Origin: a virus
DNA: 64,000 bases
IMG/VR virus record: IMGVR_UViG_3300031707_000008
Span: 1-64,000 of that record
Direction: 5' to 3' (one strand)
Shown one piece after another: positions 26,971 to 37,762 of the stretch (the stretch's first letter is position 1; each line of letters begins with the position of its first letter). The position numbers and the translations under genes were made by a program. The notes beneath the pieces were generated by a model. That model saw only the letters and a list, made by a program, of their open reading frames with translations, ran no database searches and was not told where the DNA came from.

Positions 26971-27402
26971 ATGGTTGATCAAACCGCCAAGGAACTTGAC
27001 TTGTTCGCCCCCGGTGGAACAAAAGTGAAGACTATAGCAGGAGAAGAGTGCACTGTAGGTGCGGTCACTTGGGGCAAAGAGATCCAGATCATGAAATCGG
27101 TCAAACTTGTACTGGCGAATTTACGTGAAGTCGTTCCAGACATGACGAACGCAAGCGGAAGTACTATCTTGAAGATTATAGAGGTAGCCCTAGAAGTGGC
27201 TCCCGAGCAAATGACGAAGATTTGCGCAACTCTCCTTGACAAAGACCCACAATGGATTTCAGACAATCTTGATGGGGATGCAGTATATGGTTTGGTGGTG
27301 CCTTTTTTCAAGTGGAAGAAGCAGTCACTTCTAGGACTCCTCGCAAAGACTGGGTTGAAACTGCCTCCGGCAGTATCATCGCGCATGTCGTTGCATACTT
27401 AG
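26971..27402 (+). CDS. Tail assembly chaperone (G)
   Basis: Between tube and tape measure; contains CCT TTT TTC. Confidence 0.75.
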   Translation: MVDQTAKELDLFAPGGTKVKTIAGEECTVGAVTWGKEIQIMKSVKLVLANLREVVPDMTNASGSTILKIIEVALEVAPEQMTKICATLLDKDPQWISDNLDGDAVYGLVVPFFKWKKQSLLGLLAKTGLKLPPAVSSRMSLHT

Positions 27403-27611
27403 GTAGATTCTGTAGTTGTTCGCCGGAGGATGTTTTCAAATTGACGCGTGCGCAAGTAGAAGCTTTGTATATGGAGGCGATAGATTTACGCGAACGTGAC
27501 TACGAGGTACTAGCAACAATGTTGGGGGCGAAAGTAGAGAAACGTACGCGAAAAAGTGTACCAATTGAAGATGCACTGAACAAAGGGAATCTTCCGGTTG
27601 AGGTTGCGTAG
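27303..27611 (+). CDS. Tail chaperone -1 frameshift extension (GT)
   Basis: Slippery T TTT TTC at 27303-27309; -1 frame is open to 27611. Confidence 0.7.
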   Translation, partial: FFQVEEAVTSRTPRKDWVETASGSIIAHVVAYLGRFCSCSPEDVFKLTRAQVEALYMEAIDLRERDYEVLATMLGAKVEKRTRKSVPIEDALNKGNLPVEVA

Positions 27612-27613
27612 CG

Positions 27614-30600
27614 ATGGCATTTACCGAATCACTTGGATCACTCGTAGTTGATATTCAAGGACGAGTAACTGGTTTGGCAAACGCCTTGAATGAAGCTGGC
27701 TCGAAGATTGAGACTTTTTCCAGTCGCGCAACTACTAATCTTGATAGAACTTCAAAACGTTTTAGACGTGCAGCCTTTGGCATGGCTATTGAATTTACCG
27801 TCATGGCGATGGCCATGAAGAGTTTTCTTAAGATGGGTGTGGAGTGGGAAGATCAACTTGCTTTGATTTCGACTGTGTTAACTGAGGACATGTCGAAAGG
27901 TCTTCATGAAGTTTCGACATATCTAGTTGAATATGACAAACGTATGCAAGAATTGATGGTAACTTACGGACAGAGTGCGAAAACTGTAACGAAAGCTACA
28001 TATGATCTTTTAAGTTCAGAAGTTCCCGCTGCAGAAGCGATGGATATTTTGAATGGTGCGATGCGCGCATCCGTTGCCGGGTTCACAACAGTTGATATTG
28101 CAACTATGGCACTTATCAAGACGTTAAAGGGTTACGGAATGGCTACAAGTGAAGTCAATCACGTTAACGATGTGATGTTTGCTATGGTCAAGAAAGGTCT
28201 TGGATACTACGCAGATTTCGCTGGGGTGGTTGGTGATACGGCATCGTTGACACGCTTCGCGGGCATGCGTTTCGAAGAAGAAGCTGCTGCACTTGCGTTA
28301 CTTTCGTTGGTACTGGGTAGCGCAGAGAAGGCCTCAACTGCGTATAAAGCAATTTTAATAAAATTGCTTGTTCCGGAAAAGGCTGCTGTTGATGTTGGTA
28401 AAAAATACGGTTTGAACTTGAAAGAGAATGTCCTGCGTACACATGGTTTGATTGGCGTGGTTGAGAAGTTGCGTTACGCCAACGAAAAAGATATTGCAAC
28501 CATGTTCCGGCGAAGTCAGTCTATGGTTGGTATGATGACGTTGTTAACGAACCTTACGAAGTTTTACGACATGTACGACGCGATGTTGGGTTCTGTGGGA
28601 GAAACGGAAACTGCTTTTGCAAAACAATCTCAAGCTCCTGGGTTTGCTTTGAAGCAATTAGTAGCGACTTCACAAGTTCTTGCAATTCAGTTTGCCAGAA
28701 CGTTAAATCCCACATTGAAGGATACCGCACTTGCGTTAATGACGGTAGAGCGCGGACTTCTTTGGTTGCCTAAAGAGACAATGACGTTTTGGACGAAAAC
28801 GATAGGAGTTTTTGTATTATTTACTGGGGCAGTTCTTGTAGGATCCTTCGCAGTGTCAATGTTCTCGCGCGCGTTTGCAAGTTTGTTGGGCTCATTGAAA
28901 CCTATAGCGAACCTCATAACAGGAAAAGGTTTAACTGGAGCACTTCTTACGGGCAGGGGTGTCGTCTTAGGGTGGGTTTTTGTCATCTTTATTGCGATTT
29001 CAGCAATTTTGACCCTCAAGGGAAAATTGCAAGAGTTAGATGACACGTTACTAACCTCTGGTGCTGGATGGAGAGAATTTGGTCTTCAAATGATTGACAC
29101 TTGGAATTGGATGCATGGTGGAATGTCACTTGGTGCAGCAGCACTCGAACGCCGAATGGAACGCATGCGGTTGGGGATGAACCGTACTGCAGAAGATACG
29201 AAGAAGGGTGCGGCCGAAGCGAAGGCACGTTTGGTAGAACTCCTTCGTGCATATGGATATTCAGAAGAACAAATTCAGCATATGTTAGAGATGGGAGAAG
29301 ACCTTGGGGCTAGTGACACAAAACACATTCAAGAAGTTCAAAAATTCGTTGAGAATTTGACGATAGAACTTGCTGGGGATTACGACAAACTCCGACTTAT
29401 ACGCGACCGTGATCTAAAAGAGTATGGCGATAATGCGGAAGCGGTTAAGTTAATTAATCAACGTTACGCAAAAGACGTTGGTGAATTGATGCAAAAGGAG
29501 TTGGAGACTTTCAACGAACAAGTTGAAGGATATGAAGACGCCTTGGTGGGGTACTATCGGAAAACGCAAATGTCAACTCACGAGATGGATCTGACGTATT
29601 ACGCAAAACGTTTGGATGCTTTGCGGTCAAATGGGAAGGAATACACTGCAGAATTCGTGCGTTTCCAAACAGAATTTTTGGGTGTTGTAGAGGAGTGGGA
29701 TTCAAGTTGGATTGAAAATCATAAGAAAGCACTCAAACAAATTTTGCAGTTGACGGAAGAGGCATATAGAGAATTGTTGAAAAAGGTGAAGGAAAATGAG
29801 GAGAAAAAAGCCGAGAGTGCGAAGACATCTATGTATACGGGAACACCTATGTCACCCTTTTTCGCCTTGGAACCTATGATTCCTGAGGCATACGCCGCTG
29901 AGCGCGCACTTGATGCGGTTGGTGATTCCTTACGCGACTTGGGTATTGCTGGTATTTTCGCTACGGATGCCTTGCAACCCATCACGAGAGCTTTACGAAA
30001 CTTCATGTCCTCCGGTGATTGGATGAGTGAAACTATCCTTAAGGGTGGAAAGGCACTTACCTCTGGAATGAATATGTTTATAACTGGGTTTATTGGTGGA
30101 GTTGCCGGCGTAATGGTTGACTCCTTAATGAAAACTTTTGGTGTTGGAAATGAAGCTTGGTCGAAAGCGATAGAACGTCAAACGCAGGCCTTGGAAGCCC
30201 TGAAGCAATCATTGGATGCCGCCCGTAATGCTATTGAAAGTATGACGATGACTGAACTTACGGGTAGTGCCAAATCTTTGCAGAAGTACGTAGACGAAAT
30301 GTCGGCTGCTAAAGAATCCGGACGAACGATTGTTTATGGCAAACGTTACAACAAAGAGACTGGCAAATGGGAAGAGCCAAACGTCCTTGGAGTTCCTATC
30401 AAGATGGAGAATTTGGAGTCTTTAAAAGAGTTGTTGAAATGGCTTAATGAAGCTATCGTGGGTTATGGCTCGTTAGATGTAATGAACGTGTCCGAACAGT
30501 TGAGTGCGTTGCAACAACAATTTGACCTTTTCGACATTCACGATCCCGCAACACAACTGGCGAAGATTGTAGAACACTTCAAGAAGATGTTGGGAATTGA

Positions 30601-31111
30601 ACTCCCGCAAAACATTGACGATCTTCAACAGTATATAGAAGACTTGTATAATGCTTTGCGCGGCGGGACACTTTTGACTGATCCACGTTGGGCAGCATGG
30701 CAAGCAATGTCTCCTGATGAGATTCTTACTTCACTTGTGGAATTGAAGAAGTTACTTGATGCGATTCGCGAACAGAATGGCACGTATAACGAAAACGCTA
30801 TTGAGTCACAAGGTTTCACGATTTCGCGAATGATCACAGAAGCACAAGGAAATGCTGTTATTGATTGGTTGTCTACGATTGCCTTCCACACACGTGGAGT
30901 CTTTGACATTCTCCGAGGCAATTACGAAGGTGTTCCAGGTTGGGCAGCTGGGGGTTCAAGGGGGGTAAATGTAACCATTGGAGACATCATCGTTGCTGTT
31001 AATGTAGACAGCGTAGCTACCAAGGAGGCAGCCACGGATGCCGCAACGACAATAGGTCAATCGATCAAGGATCAACTTCGTAGTTCGGGGGTTTCAATAT
31101 ATGCAAGCTAA
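27614..31111 (+). CDS. Tape measure protein (TP901-like)
   Basis: LGSLVVDI N-terminus, Ala/Leu-rich helical repeats, TM region, 1165 aa. Confidence 0.92.
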   Translation: MAFTESLGSLVVDIQGRVTGLANALNEAGSKIETFSSRATTNLDRTSKRFRRAAFGMAIEFTVMAMAMKSFLKMGVEWEDQLALISTVLTEDMSKGLHEVSTYLVEYDKRMQELMVTYGQSAKTVTKATYDLLSSEVPAAEAMDILNGAMRASVAGFTTVDIATMALIKTLKGYGMATSEVNHVNDVMFAMVKKGLGYYADFAGVVGDTASLTRFAGMRFEEEAAALALLSLVLGSAEKASTAYKAILIKLLVPEKAAVDVGKKYGLNLKENVLRTHGLIGVVEKLRYANEKDIATMFRRSQSMVGMMTLLTNLTKFYDMYDAMLGSVGETETAFAKQSQAPGFALKQLVATSQVLAIQFARTLNPTLKDTALALMTVERGLLWLPKETMTFWTKTIGVFVLFTGAVLVGSFAVSMFSRAFASLLGSLKPIANLITGKGLTGALLTGRGVVLGWVFVIFIAISAILTLKGKLQELDDTLLTSGAGWREFGLQMIDTWNWMHGGMSLGAAALERRMERMRLGMNRTAEDTKKGAAEAKARLVELLRAYGYSEEQIQHMLEMGEDLGASDTKHIQEVQKFVENLTIELAGDYDKLRLIRDRDLKEYGDNAEAVKLINQRYAKDVGELMQKELETFNEQVEGYEDALVGYYRKTQMSTHEMDLTYYAKRLDALRSNGKEYTAEFVRFQTEFLGVVEEWDSSWIENHKKALKQILQLTEEAYRELLKKVKENEEKKAESAKTSMYTGTPMSPFFALEPMIPEAYAAERALDAVGDSLRDLGIAGIFATDALQPITRALRNFMSSGDWMSETILKGGKALTSGMNMFITGFIGGVAGVMVDSLMKTFGVGNEAWSKAIERQTQALEALKQSLDAARNAIESMTMTELTGSAKSLQKYVDEMSAAKESGRTIVYGKRYNKETGKWEEPNVLGVPIKMENLESLKELLKWLNEAIVGYGSLDVMNVSEQLSALQQQFDLFDIHDPATQLAKIVEHFKKMLGIELPQNIDDLQQYIEDLYNALRGGTLLTDPRWAAWQAMSPDEILTSLVELKKLLDAIREQNGTYNENAIESQGFTISRMITEAQGNAVIDWLSTIAFHTRGVFDILRGNYEGVPGWAAGGSRGVNVTIGDIIVAVNVDSVATKEAATDAATTIGQSIKDQLRSSGVSIYAS

Positions 31112-33332
31112 TATCATTTACAAAGGAATCGATCTCGAAGTCGATTTGGGTATGGAAATTTTAACTGAACCTCCTGATGGAAGAGGTTATCCCCTCGCGA
31201 AAACTTTTACGTCAGAAGTCGCAACTGTGGCCGGACAACTTCTGCATAAGATTCAACATGGAATACGTTTAATTGAAATCCGCGGAATGATTGTGGGAAC
31301 TTCGAATTCTGACTTGATGGTGAAGTTGGATTCTATTAAACAAACGTTGGATAATGTTACGTCTAACACTCCTGGGAAGTTGACAATAACTTCGGGGCGT
31401 TACTACAAAGCTTTATTTACAGAGTTGATATTTGGTGAAATGGGGCCCTGGCGTGAAACTTTTCACGCGGAATTCACGTTACGTTTCACGTGTACAGATC
31501 CGTTTGAGTATGCCGATCCAACTGTAGTATGTAAAGCTACTGCAGCGAATGAAGTAATTCGTCTTGATGGGGGGAACGTTGATACTCGCCCCGATATTCT
31601 TGTTCAAGGAAAGACAACCTCGGGTGTGAAAGTGATTTCTAGTCGTCAACAGTGTGTTGGGAACTTTGACAAAAATGTTGAACTCTTACTTAATTCCGGC
31701 GGACATGCTGACGGTATATTGTTTTGTCCTTTCAACTATTTAACCGATGGTGATATGGAATTGGATGGTGTCACCAATTGGTCTGCAGGCGTAAATGCGA
31801 CTGTCGTTAAGTCTAGTGATTACGTACGCCATGGCAGTCAGTCATTAAAGGTTACGACAACTGCCGCCAATGGTTATGCCGCGCAAGCATTTAATGGTGG
31901 GAGTATGTGGTACGGGTCGTGGGAAGTTTGGATTTTTGATCCACTTGCGGCGGGTTTAGCCGTAGAAGTAATTATTTACGATACTGGTGGAGCAGGAACC
32001 GAACTAGATAAGATTTCGTTTAGTACGAATGGTAAGTGGCAGTGCGCTTCCGGAACTTTTACTTATCTCACAAATGCGTATCAAGTGCGCATCAAAATTG
32101 GTCCAACTGCTTCGACTGTGTACGTGAGTGAAGCGTGGGTAACTGATAATGTGGTGGTAAATCCTGGATTTGAACATGCAACACCTTTGTATGGTTGGAC
32201 GCAGGGTGGAGGAGCTGGAACGTGTGGAGTATCTGCTGGGAGTAAACACTCTGGAAGTCAAGGTGCGTATATTTATCCGACAACACCTACTGATCGCTAT
32301 TTGTATCAAACTATAACGGGATTGACCAATGGGCAATACTACTTGTTGCGTTTGTTTGCTTCTGCTCCTGTCATTGGGAGTGGGGGTTCGGTTTCTTCTT
32401 ACTACGTGAATACCGAACCACCTAGAGCATTATATACGGCAACGTCTGGGATGACGCTAACCGAACACGTTATAAAAATGAGTGGAACGTCTATAACAAT
32501 TTATTTGCGCGCTGGCACGAATACTACAATTGGATTATTTGATGACGTATCATTGATTCCGTTGTATCTTACGGATTTGCCACGTTATAGACAATCGCGT
32601 CATCACTCAGGCGTTGTAGTACGTTCGGGGGAGGTATTAGCATTTTCTCCGTTGAATGATCAAGTAGAGTTTTCATTGCACGTTCGTGCAAAATTGTTGT
32701 GGAGTGCCGTAGGACCTTGGTATGAGACGTTACATCGTGAAGTTATAACTTTATGTAGATTATTCGTAGGTAACTTGCGTGATTGCGCAATTGAGTTCGA
32801 TTGTAAAACTTCTAAATGGCGTGCACACTTGTTCTCTAATGTTGGCGAAACTCAACTTGCGGGTACGCCTGCTAGTTCGCATACTGAGAATGATGTAGTG
32901 GACATTGTTGTTGTTGTCAACAGCATTGGTTTGTACTTGTACGTTAATGGTGTGTTGTTGGGGACGGGGACGACACGCGCTATCGAAAATCCCTTAACAT
33001 TCTTGGCATTCAATGGTGATATTGTGGTGGAAGCTTGCCAAGTATTTTTTGTTGCACTAACTTCAAGAGAAGTTAAAATACTTTGCAAAGAAGAGACCTT
33101 TTCGTATAAGGGAACACTTTTGAACACTACAGCGAATTTGGCGGAAAATGATACGTTGCAATTAAAGTGTGATCAAACTGCATGGTTTTACGATCAAAGT
33201 GCCGAAACGTTAACGAATATTGATGGATCTTTCACGGGTGATTTTCCTATAGTGTATGCCTCGCGTGGGGCTTTGGTATTCGTGCGAGATTTGAGATATG
33301 TTGAGATTGCATACCAGAAGCGGTGGTTATAA
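31101..33332 (+). CDS. Distal tail protein (Dit) with inserted carbohydrate-binding and LamG-like domains
   Basis: Dit-like FTLRFTCTDPFEY and terminal YQKRWL; NYLTDGDME and NVVVNPGFE CBM starts; LYLYVNG. Confidence 0.75.
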   Translation: MQANIIYKGIDLEVDLGMEILTEPPDGRGYPLAKTFTSEVATVAGQLLHKIQHGIRLIEIRGMIVGTSNSDLMVKLDSIKQTLDNVTSNTPGKLTITSGRYYKALFTELIFGEMGPWRETFHAEFTLRFTCTDPFEYADPTVVCKATAANEVIRLDGGNVDTRPDILVQGKTTSGVKVISSRQQCVGNFDKNVELLLNSGGHADGILFCPFNYLTDGDMELDGVTNWSAGVNATVVKSSDYVRHGSQSLKVTTTAANGYAAQAFNGGSMWYGSWEVWIFDPLAAGLAVEVIIYDTGGAGTELDKISFSTNGKWQCASGTFTYLTNAYQVRIKIGPTASTVYVSEAWVTDNVVVNPGFEHATPLYGWTQGGGAGTCGVSAGSKHSGSQGAYIYPTTPTDRYLYQTITGLTNGQYYLLRLFASAPVIGSGGSVSSYYVNTEPPRALYTATSGMTLTEHVIKMSGTSITIYLRAGTNTTIGLFDDVSLIPLYLTDLPRYRQSRHHSGVVVRSGEVLAFSPLNDQVEFSLHVRAKLLWSAVGPWYETLHREVITLCRLFVGNLRDCAIEFDCKTSKWRAHLFSNVGETQLAGTPASSHTENDVVDIVVVVNSIGLYLYVNGVLLGTGTTRAIENPLTFLAFNGDIVVEACQVFFVALTSREVKILCKEETFSYKGTLLNTTANLAENDTLQLKCDQTAWFYDQSAETLTNIDGSFTGDFPIVYASRGALVFVRDLRYVEIAYQKRWL

Positions 33333-33379
33333 ATACACCCATCTTAAACTGTTACGTGTATTTAAAGAAGGATGAAATA

Positions 33380-34828
33380 ATGTCTATCAGAAAATGGTAT
33401 GTGGGTGACCCACCTATAAATGATGACGATTGGAATGCTGCTACTGACGAAATTAATGGTATGGATACTGCTTTCGAAGCGAAGAACGCGAACATTCAAG
33501 CACACATTGGGTCACCGCATGCACCTTCCAATGCACAGAAGAACTCGGATATCGCGAAGGTAGAGATTGAGGCGAAACTAACTGGTGACATATCCTCACA
33601 CGGACATCCAACATACATTACTCAAGCCGATGCCGTAATTCCAAATGCGGCTATCACAGCGGCAACTAAAACCAAAATAACCTATGATGCCAAAGGTTTG
33701 GTGACTACCGGCGCGAATGCTACTACGGTTGATATCGCCGATTCAGCCGATAAACGGTATTGCACGGATGCTCAAAAGACAATTATCGGAAATACTTCAG
33801 GGGCAAACACCGGAGACCAAACAGCCATTCCAAACTCCAATCTAGCGACGATGCCCACGAAAACCTATAAGGGTAGGACTGCAGGGACAACAGGGGCACC
33901 GGAGGATGTGGTTGTGGCAACCTTGAAAACGGATTTGGTTTTGGTGAAGGGAGATGTGGGGCTGGGTAATGTAGATAATACAACTGATGTTGGTAAACCC
34001 GTTTCTTCCGCAACTCAAACGGCTCTTGATGGCAAGGCGGCAACTGCTCATGACCAAGCTGCCACCACGATAACTACGGGAACATTGGATGGCGATAGAT
34101 TACCTGCGATATCTACTACCAAAAAAGGTGGAGTGCCATTAACAGGAACGCCAACTGGAAAATACTTGAAAGATGATGGTACTTGGGCGACTGTTGCAGG
34201 TGGAAGTAATACCCTTTTAGACGGTTCATTTCATACCGATACAATCGTGGGGACTGTGGCTCGTGGGGATGTTATTACTGGTCAAGGAGCGACACCTAAA
34301 TGGACGCGACTTGCTAAAGGAATAGCAGACCAAGTTTTAGCAATGGATGCGACAGCTACTGATGTGATATGGAAAACTCCTGCTGGAGGTGGCGAAAGTG
34401 AAAATATAGTTGTGGCTACGTCAGACACGCAGAATGCTACGGTGAATTTAGTTAATGCTGAAGGGTTAACTTTTTCTGCTCTTGCTAATAGCACTTATAT
34501 TATTGAAGTTTTTTTGCTTTGGGATTCATCTGCGACATCGGTCGGTATCAAAGTGAGTGCCACAGCAAGCGGAACCCCAACAATCACAGCAGGACGTTTT
34601 GCTAGTGATTCCGCCAATGGAACACCCGATAGTTCATCTTATAATGCTAATGACGTTACAGTTACTACTAGTGCTTCACCTTTTACTACATATTCTCTTG
34701 GTATGTTGTATGCAGTTTTAAAAACTGCAGCTAGCGCCAGCACGTGGCAATTAAGATTTGCGGCAGAAACGACGGGGACAATAACCATTAAGATAGGTTC
34801 AATCTTGAGGTACAGGAAAGTAGCTTAA
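33380..34828 (+). CDS. Tail fibre / receptor-binding protein
   Basis: TKITYDAKGLVT, DVGLGNVDNTTD.GKPVS, KYLKDDGTW fibre repeats. Confidence 0.8.
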   Translation: MSIRKWYVGDPPINDDDWNAATDEINGMDTAFEAKNANIQAHIGSPHAPSNAQKNSDIAKVEIEAKLTGDISSHGHPTYITQADAVIPNAAITAATKTKITYDAKGLVTTGANATTVDIADSADKRYCTDAQKTIIGNTSGANTGDQTAIPNSNLATMPTKTYKGRTAGTTGAPEDVVVATLKTDLVLVKGDVGLGNVDNTTDVGKPVSSATQTALDGKAATAHDQAATTITTGTLDGDRLPAISTTKKGGVPLTGTPTGKYLKDDGTWATVAGGSNTLLDGSFHTDTIVGTVARGDVITGQGATPKWTRLAKGIADQVLAMDATATDVIWKTPAGGGESENIVVATSDTQNATVNLVNAEGLTFSALANSTYIIEVFLLWDSSATSVGIKVSATASGTPTITAGRFASDSANGTPDSSSYNANDVTVTTSASPFTTYSLGMLYAVLKTAASASTWQLRFAAETTGTITIKIGSILRYRKVA

Positions 34829-34895
34829 GAGGACAAAAATGAATGGGGTAAGGAGCACGCAGGTTTAGAAATACGTGAAAGAAAGATAACATGAT

Positions 34896-36896
34896 ATGTT
34901 TATATTATTTGATCCAATTGTTTTTGACGTGGAAGTTTTTACTCTTGCATTTGGTGGAGGTGACTTACCCGAAATGATAGATGGTGTAATAGAAATTTAT
35001 TCACCGAGTCTTGTTAAATTAACGCAGTTCGAAGAGAACGAGTTAGTCTCTTGCGTTAGAACCACTGCATTGGATCAGGAACAGAGTCTTGTCTTTGGTG
35101 TACCTCAAGAAAGTATTACTAAGGCGGATTCGTTGATTTGTCGAAACGTTGTGGGGATAACAACAGCAACTTACACAGATCTTTATCGTATAGTACGGGT
35201 TGATTCCCCAACTTCTTCTTCGGGTGAGGGTATTTTTAAAGTCACGTGTGATCCTCTTCTTAATGATTTGTCTTCACAAATTGCTACTTTTGAAAGCAAG
35301 AAGTGGTTTACGTTGAAGCAGACTTCCCCGGATGCAATTTTGTATCAACTATTGCTTAATACGGGTTTTTATTATGGCAGTTGTCCATTGACACCTGTTG
35401 TGGATATCGAAATGCACTACCGTTCTGTGGTAGACACACTCCGTGAGATTGCCGAGAAGTGTGAAAAAGACTTGTATACAACGGTTGTTGGTATGAGTGT
35501 ATTCGTTCATATAGGTACACGAGGAGAGACACGTTTAATTACTCTGCGTGAAGAACGTGACGGGCTTGAGGTTAACAAACTTATTCAATCGGATGAATTC
35601 GCGAATAAGTTGTTTGTTTATGGTTCTGCACTAAATGATGCTATGCCTAGTTCTATTCAACACGCTTACATTCCAGTAATAAACAAGTTGGGCACCTTAA
35701 TATACTTGCCAATTAATACTTTTGCTTTCGAAGATGACATGATTGGGATGAAGGGTTGTGTCGTAAAACGCTTACCCGCTTATATGATACATGGTGTCCC
35801 CGGGGACATTTTTACAATTACGGATACTACCCGGAGTGCCACAGCAGATGTTATGATAATTAACGACAGCACTAAGTTGTGGCCTGGGGATCAATTCGTC
35901 TTTCTTGATAGTGTACTTCAGTTTTTGGATTACGTAGAGAGTTCTGTTTCTCAAGCGGTTTATGGTGTGGCAGAAGGCACGTATGAAGATGGAAATGTCG
36001 CAATTGGATACAATTTCATTCAAACTCCCGCCTTGGATGGAATTTATACGGGTGGACTTTGCGAAAATTGGCTAGACTCTTCAGGGGTGGGTCCTTCGCA
36101 TCCACATACCTTTAGTGAATGTTCGGACTATACATTTATTCGTGCTGGAACGCGTTCGCAAAAAATTGAAACTTGTGCCTCTGGCGACGGGGTTTGGCAA
36201 GTACGATATTATACTTCGAACATGACGAGTTACTACGACACATTTGACGTGGGTGATTACGCGTCATGTTTTGTTGATTTGTATGTTGCGGCAGGAACAA
36301 TTGAAGTTATGCCGTATGGTGTTGACGCCTTGGGGGTTAACGCAATAACGTTAGGAACTGGTTGGAGACGAATCTCGATTGAAGGTATGCGTGTGAATTC
36401 GCCATGGTGGATTGGTTTACGTCTAGCGCAATTTGGTGCTGCAGCTTGTTGCTTTTATCTTGATTTCGCTCAATTTGAAAAGGGGGCTTATTGTACGCAA
36501 GAACCTCTTATGGGGATGGAAGCGGTTAATTTAAGAAGTGTTGCTATACAAAAATTGCGTGAAATGGCTGAACCCAAAGTAATTTATGATGTGAGTGGAA
36601 AGGGTGAGGCATACGGAATATTGTCTGCCGGAGACGTAATTCGAGTAGAGGTTGATGATGCAATTGTAAGTACGCGTATTCAACAAGTTTCACAAGACTT
36701 GTTAATGGCACAAGAGACGTCATTCTCGGCTACCAATACTGATAAACGCATTCAAGAGATTATTACACGTTTGTATGTTGAAGTACAAGATTTGAAGGTG
36801 CGGAATAGTGTGGGTGAAGAGAAGTTGCGTTCGCATACCGTGGGAAAGGTTGTTCGTGTAACTGAGTCGGATTTTTCTAGTATTAAACAATTGTAG
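34896..36896 (+). CDS. Tal / baseplate hub-like tail protein
   Basis: LREIAEK, FANKLFVYG, S.AVYGV.E, P.VIYDV, AGDVIRV; CBM-like insert. Confidence 0.7.
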   Translation: MFILFDPIVFDVEVFTLAFGGGDLPEMIDGVIEIYSPSLVKLTQFEENELVSCVRTTALDQEQSLVFGVPQESITKADSLICRNVVGITTATYTDLYRIVRVDSPTSSSGEGIFKVTCDPLLNDLSSQIATFESKKWFTLKQTSPDAILYQLLLNTGFYYGSCPLTPVVDIEMHYRSVVDTLREIAEKCEKDLYTTVVGMSVFVHIGTRGETRLITLREERDGLEVNKLIQSDEFANKLFVYGSALNDAMPSSIQHAYIPVINKLGTLIYLPINTFAFEDDMIGMKGCVVKRLPAYMIHGVPGDIFTITDTTRSATADVMIINDSTKLWPGDQFVFLDSVLQFLDYVESSVSQAVYGVAEGTYEDGNVAIGYNFIQTPALDGIYTGGLCENWLDSSGVGPSHPHTFSECSDYTFIRAGTRSQKIETCASGDGVWQVRYYTSNMTSYYDTFDVGDYASCFVDLYVAAGTIEVMPYGVDALGVNAITLGTGWRRISIEGMRVNSPWWIGLRLAQFGAAACCFYLDFAQFEKGAYCTQEPLMGMEAVNLRSVAIQKLREMAEPKVIYDVSGKGEAYGILSAGDVIRVEVDDAIVSTRIQQVSQDLLMAQETSFSATNTDKRIQEIITRLYVEVQDLKVRNSVGEEKLRSHTVGKVVRVTESDFSSIKQL

Positions 36897-36925
36897 GTGT
36901 TCGAAGTAGAAAGGTTTGTGACGAA

Positions 36926-37267
36926 ATGGAAATAAAACCTGTCACTTTAAAAAATGGTGGCGTGTTTACTTTTTTGCAAGTGACGTTACTTTTACTTGCG
37001 ATTGGGAGTATACTCTTCAATATTGGATTTAGTTACGCAAGGCAAGTTACACGAAGTGACTTAGATATTTTGAAGGAACGCGTGTACGCAAATGAATCCA
37101 AAAGTGTTGAAGTAATAACGCGTTTGGGCACGCAAGAACAATGTGTACTTGAGATCAAGAAGTCTATAGATGTGATTTTGCAACGTCAACTTGAAAACAT
37201 GCGCGCCCTTGAGGAATTGAAAGGAATGCAACGTAAAAACTACTTACAAGAAACGAAGGGAGGTTGA
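36926..37267 (+). CDS. Membrane-anchored coiled-coil protein (lysis module)
   Basis: One TM segment plus coiled coil, after the tail genes. Confidence 0.6.
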   Translation: MEIKPVTLKNGGVFTFLQVTLLLLAIGSILFNIGFSYARQVTRSDLDILKERVYANESKSVEVITRLGTQEQCVLEIKKSIDVILQRQLENMRALEELKGMQRKNYLQETKGG

Positions 37268-37272
37268 ATACT

Positions 37273-37500
37273 ATGTGGAAGGGTTTTGACTTTTTTGGCG
37301 GTAGAAAGTCGTTTTTTGCTTTAGTCATTATCGTTCTCACGTACATAATGGTGTGGACGAAGACTCCGTTGACAGAGCAACATGTCGAGATTCTTAAGAC
37401 CGTCATACAATGGTTCTTCATTGGTAATGCGGGAATAGGAATTGCTTCCGGTATTGCGACTGCAATGGGGAAGAATGGGCAGGTGGCGAATGGTAAGTAA
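37273..37500 (+). CDS. Putative holin
   Basis: GGRK followed by two TM segments; small. Confidence 0.6.
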   Translation: MWKGFDFFGGRKSFFALVIIVLTYIMVWTKTPLTEQHVEILKTVIQWFFIGNAGIGIASGIATAMGKNGQVANGK

Positions 37501-37762
37501 ATTCAAGTTTATTTTTTGGTCGGTAGTTCTCGTTGGACTCTTGGTGTTGGTTTTCTTCTTGCGAAGTAAGTTTCGTCAAACTGAATCGCGTGCAACAGTA
37601 GAGGATTTGTTGAACAGAATTGAATCACACCGTCAACGCGAGAGTAAAATCGATGAAGTTGCGGCGGGAAAAAAGGAAACCGCCGAGAAGGAACGCAATG
37701 ATGCGAAGAAATCTTCTATTGCTAATCGCATTCATGATTTGTTGGACTCTAACAAGTCGTGA
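37490..37762 (+). CDS. i-spanin-like membrane protein
   Basis: N-terminal TM segment plus charged coiled coil. Confidence 0.5.
   Translation: MVSKFKFIFWSVVLVGLLVLVFFLRSKFRQTESRATVEDLLNRIESHRQRESKIDEVAAGKKETAEKERNDAKKSSIANRIHDLLDSNKS

Noticed and set aside
31101-36896. Diversity-generating retroelement or invertase-based tail switching
   Set aside because: No reverse transcriptase, recombinase or template/variable repeat pair noticed
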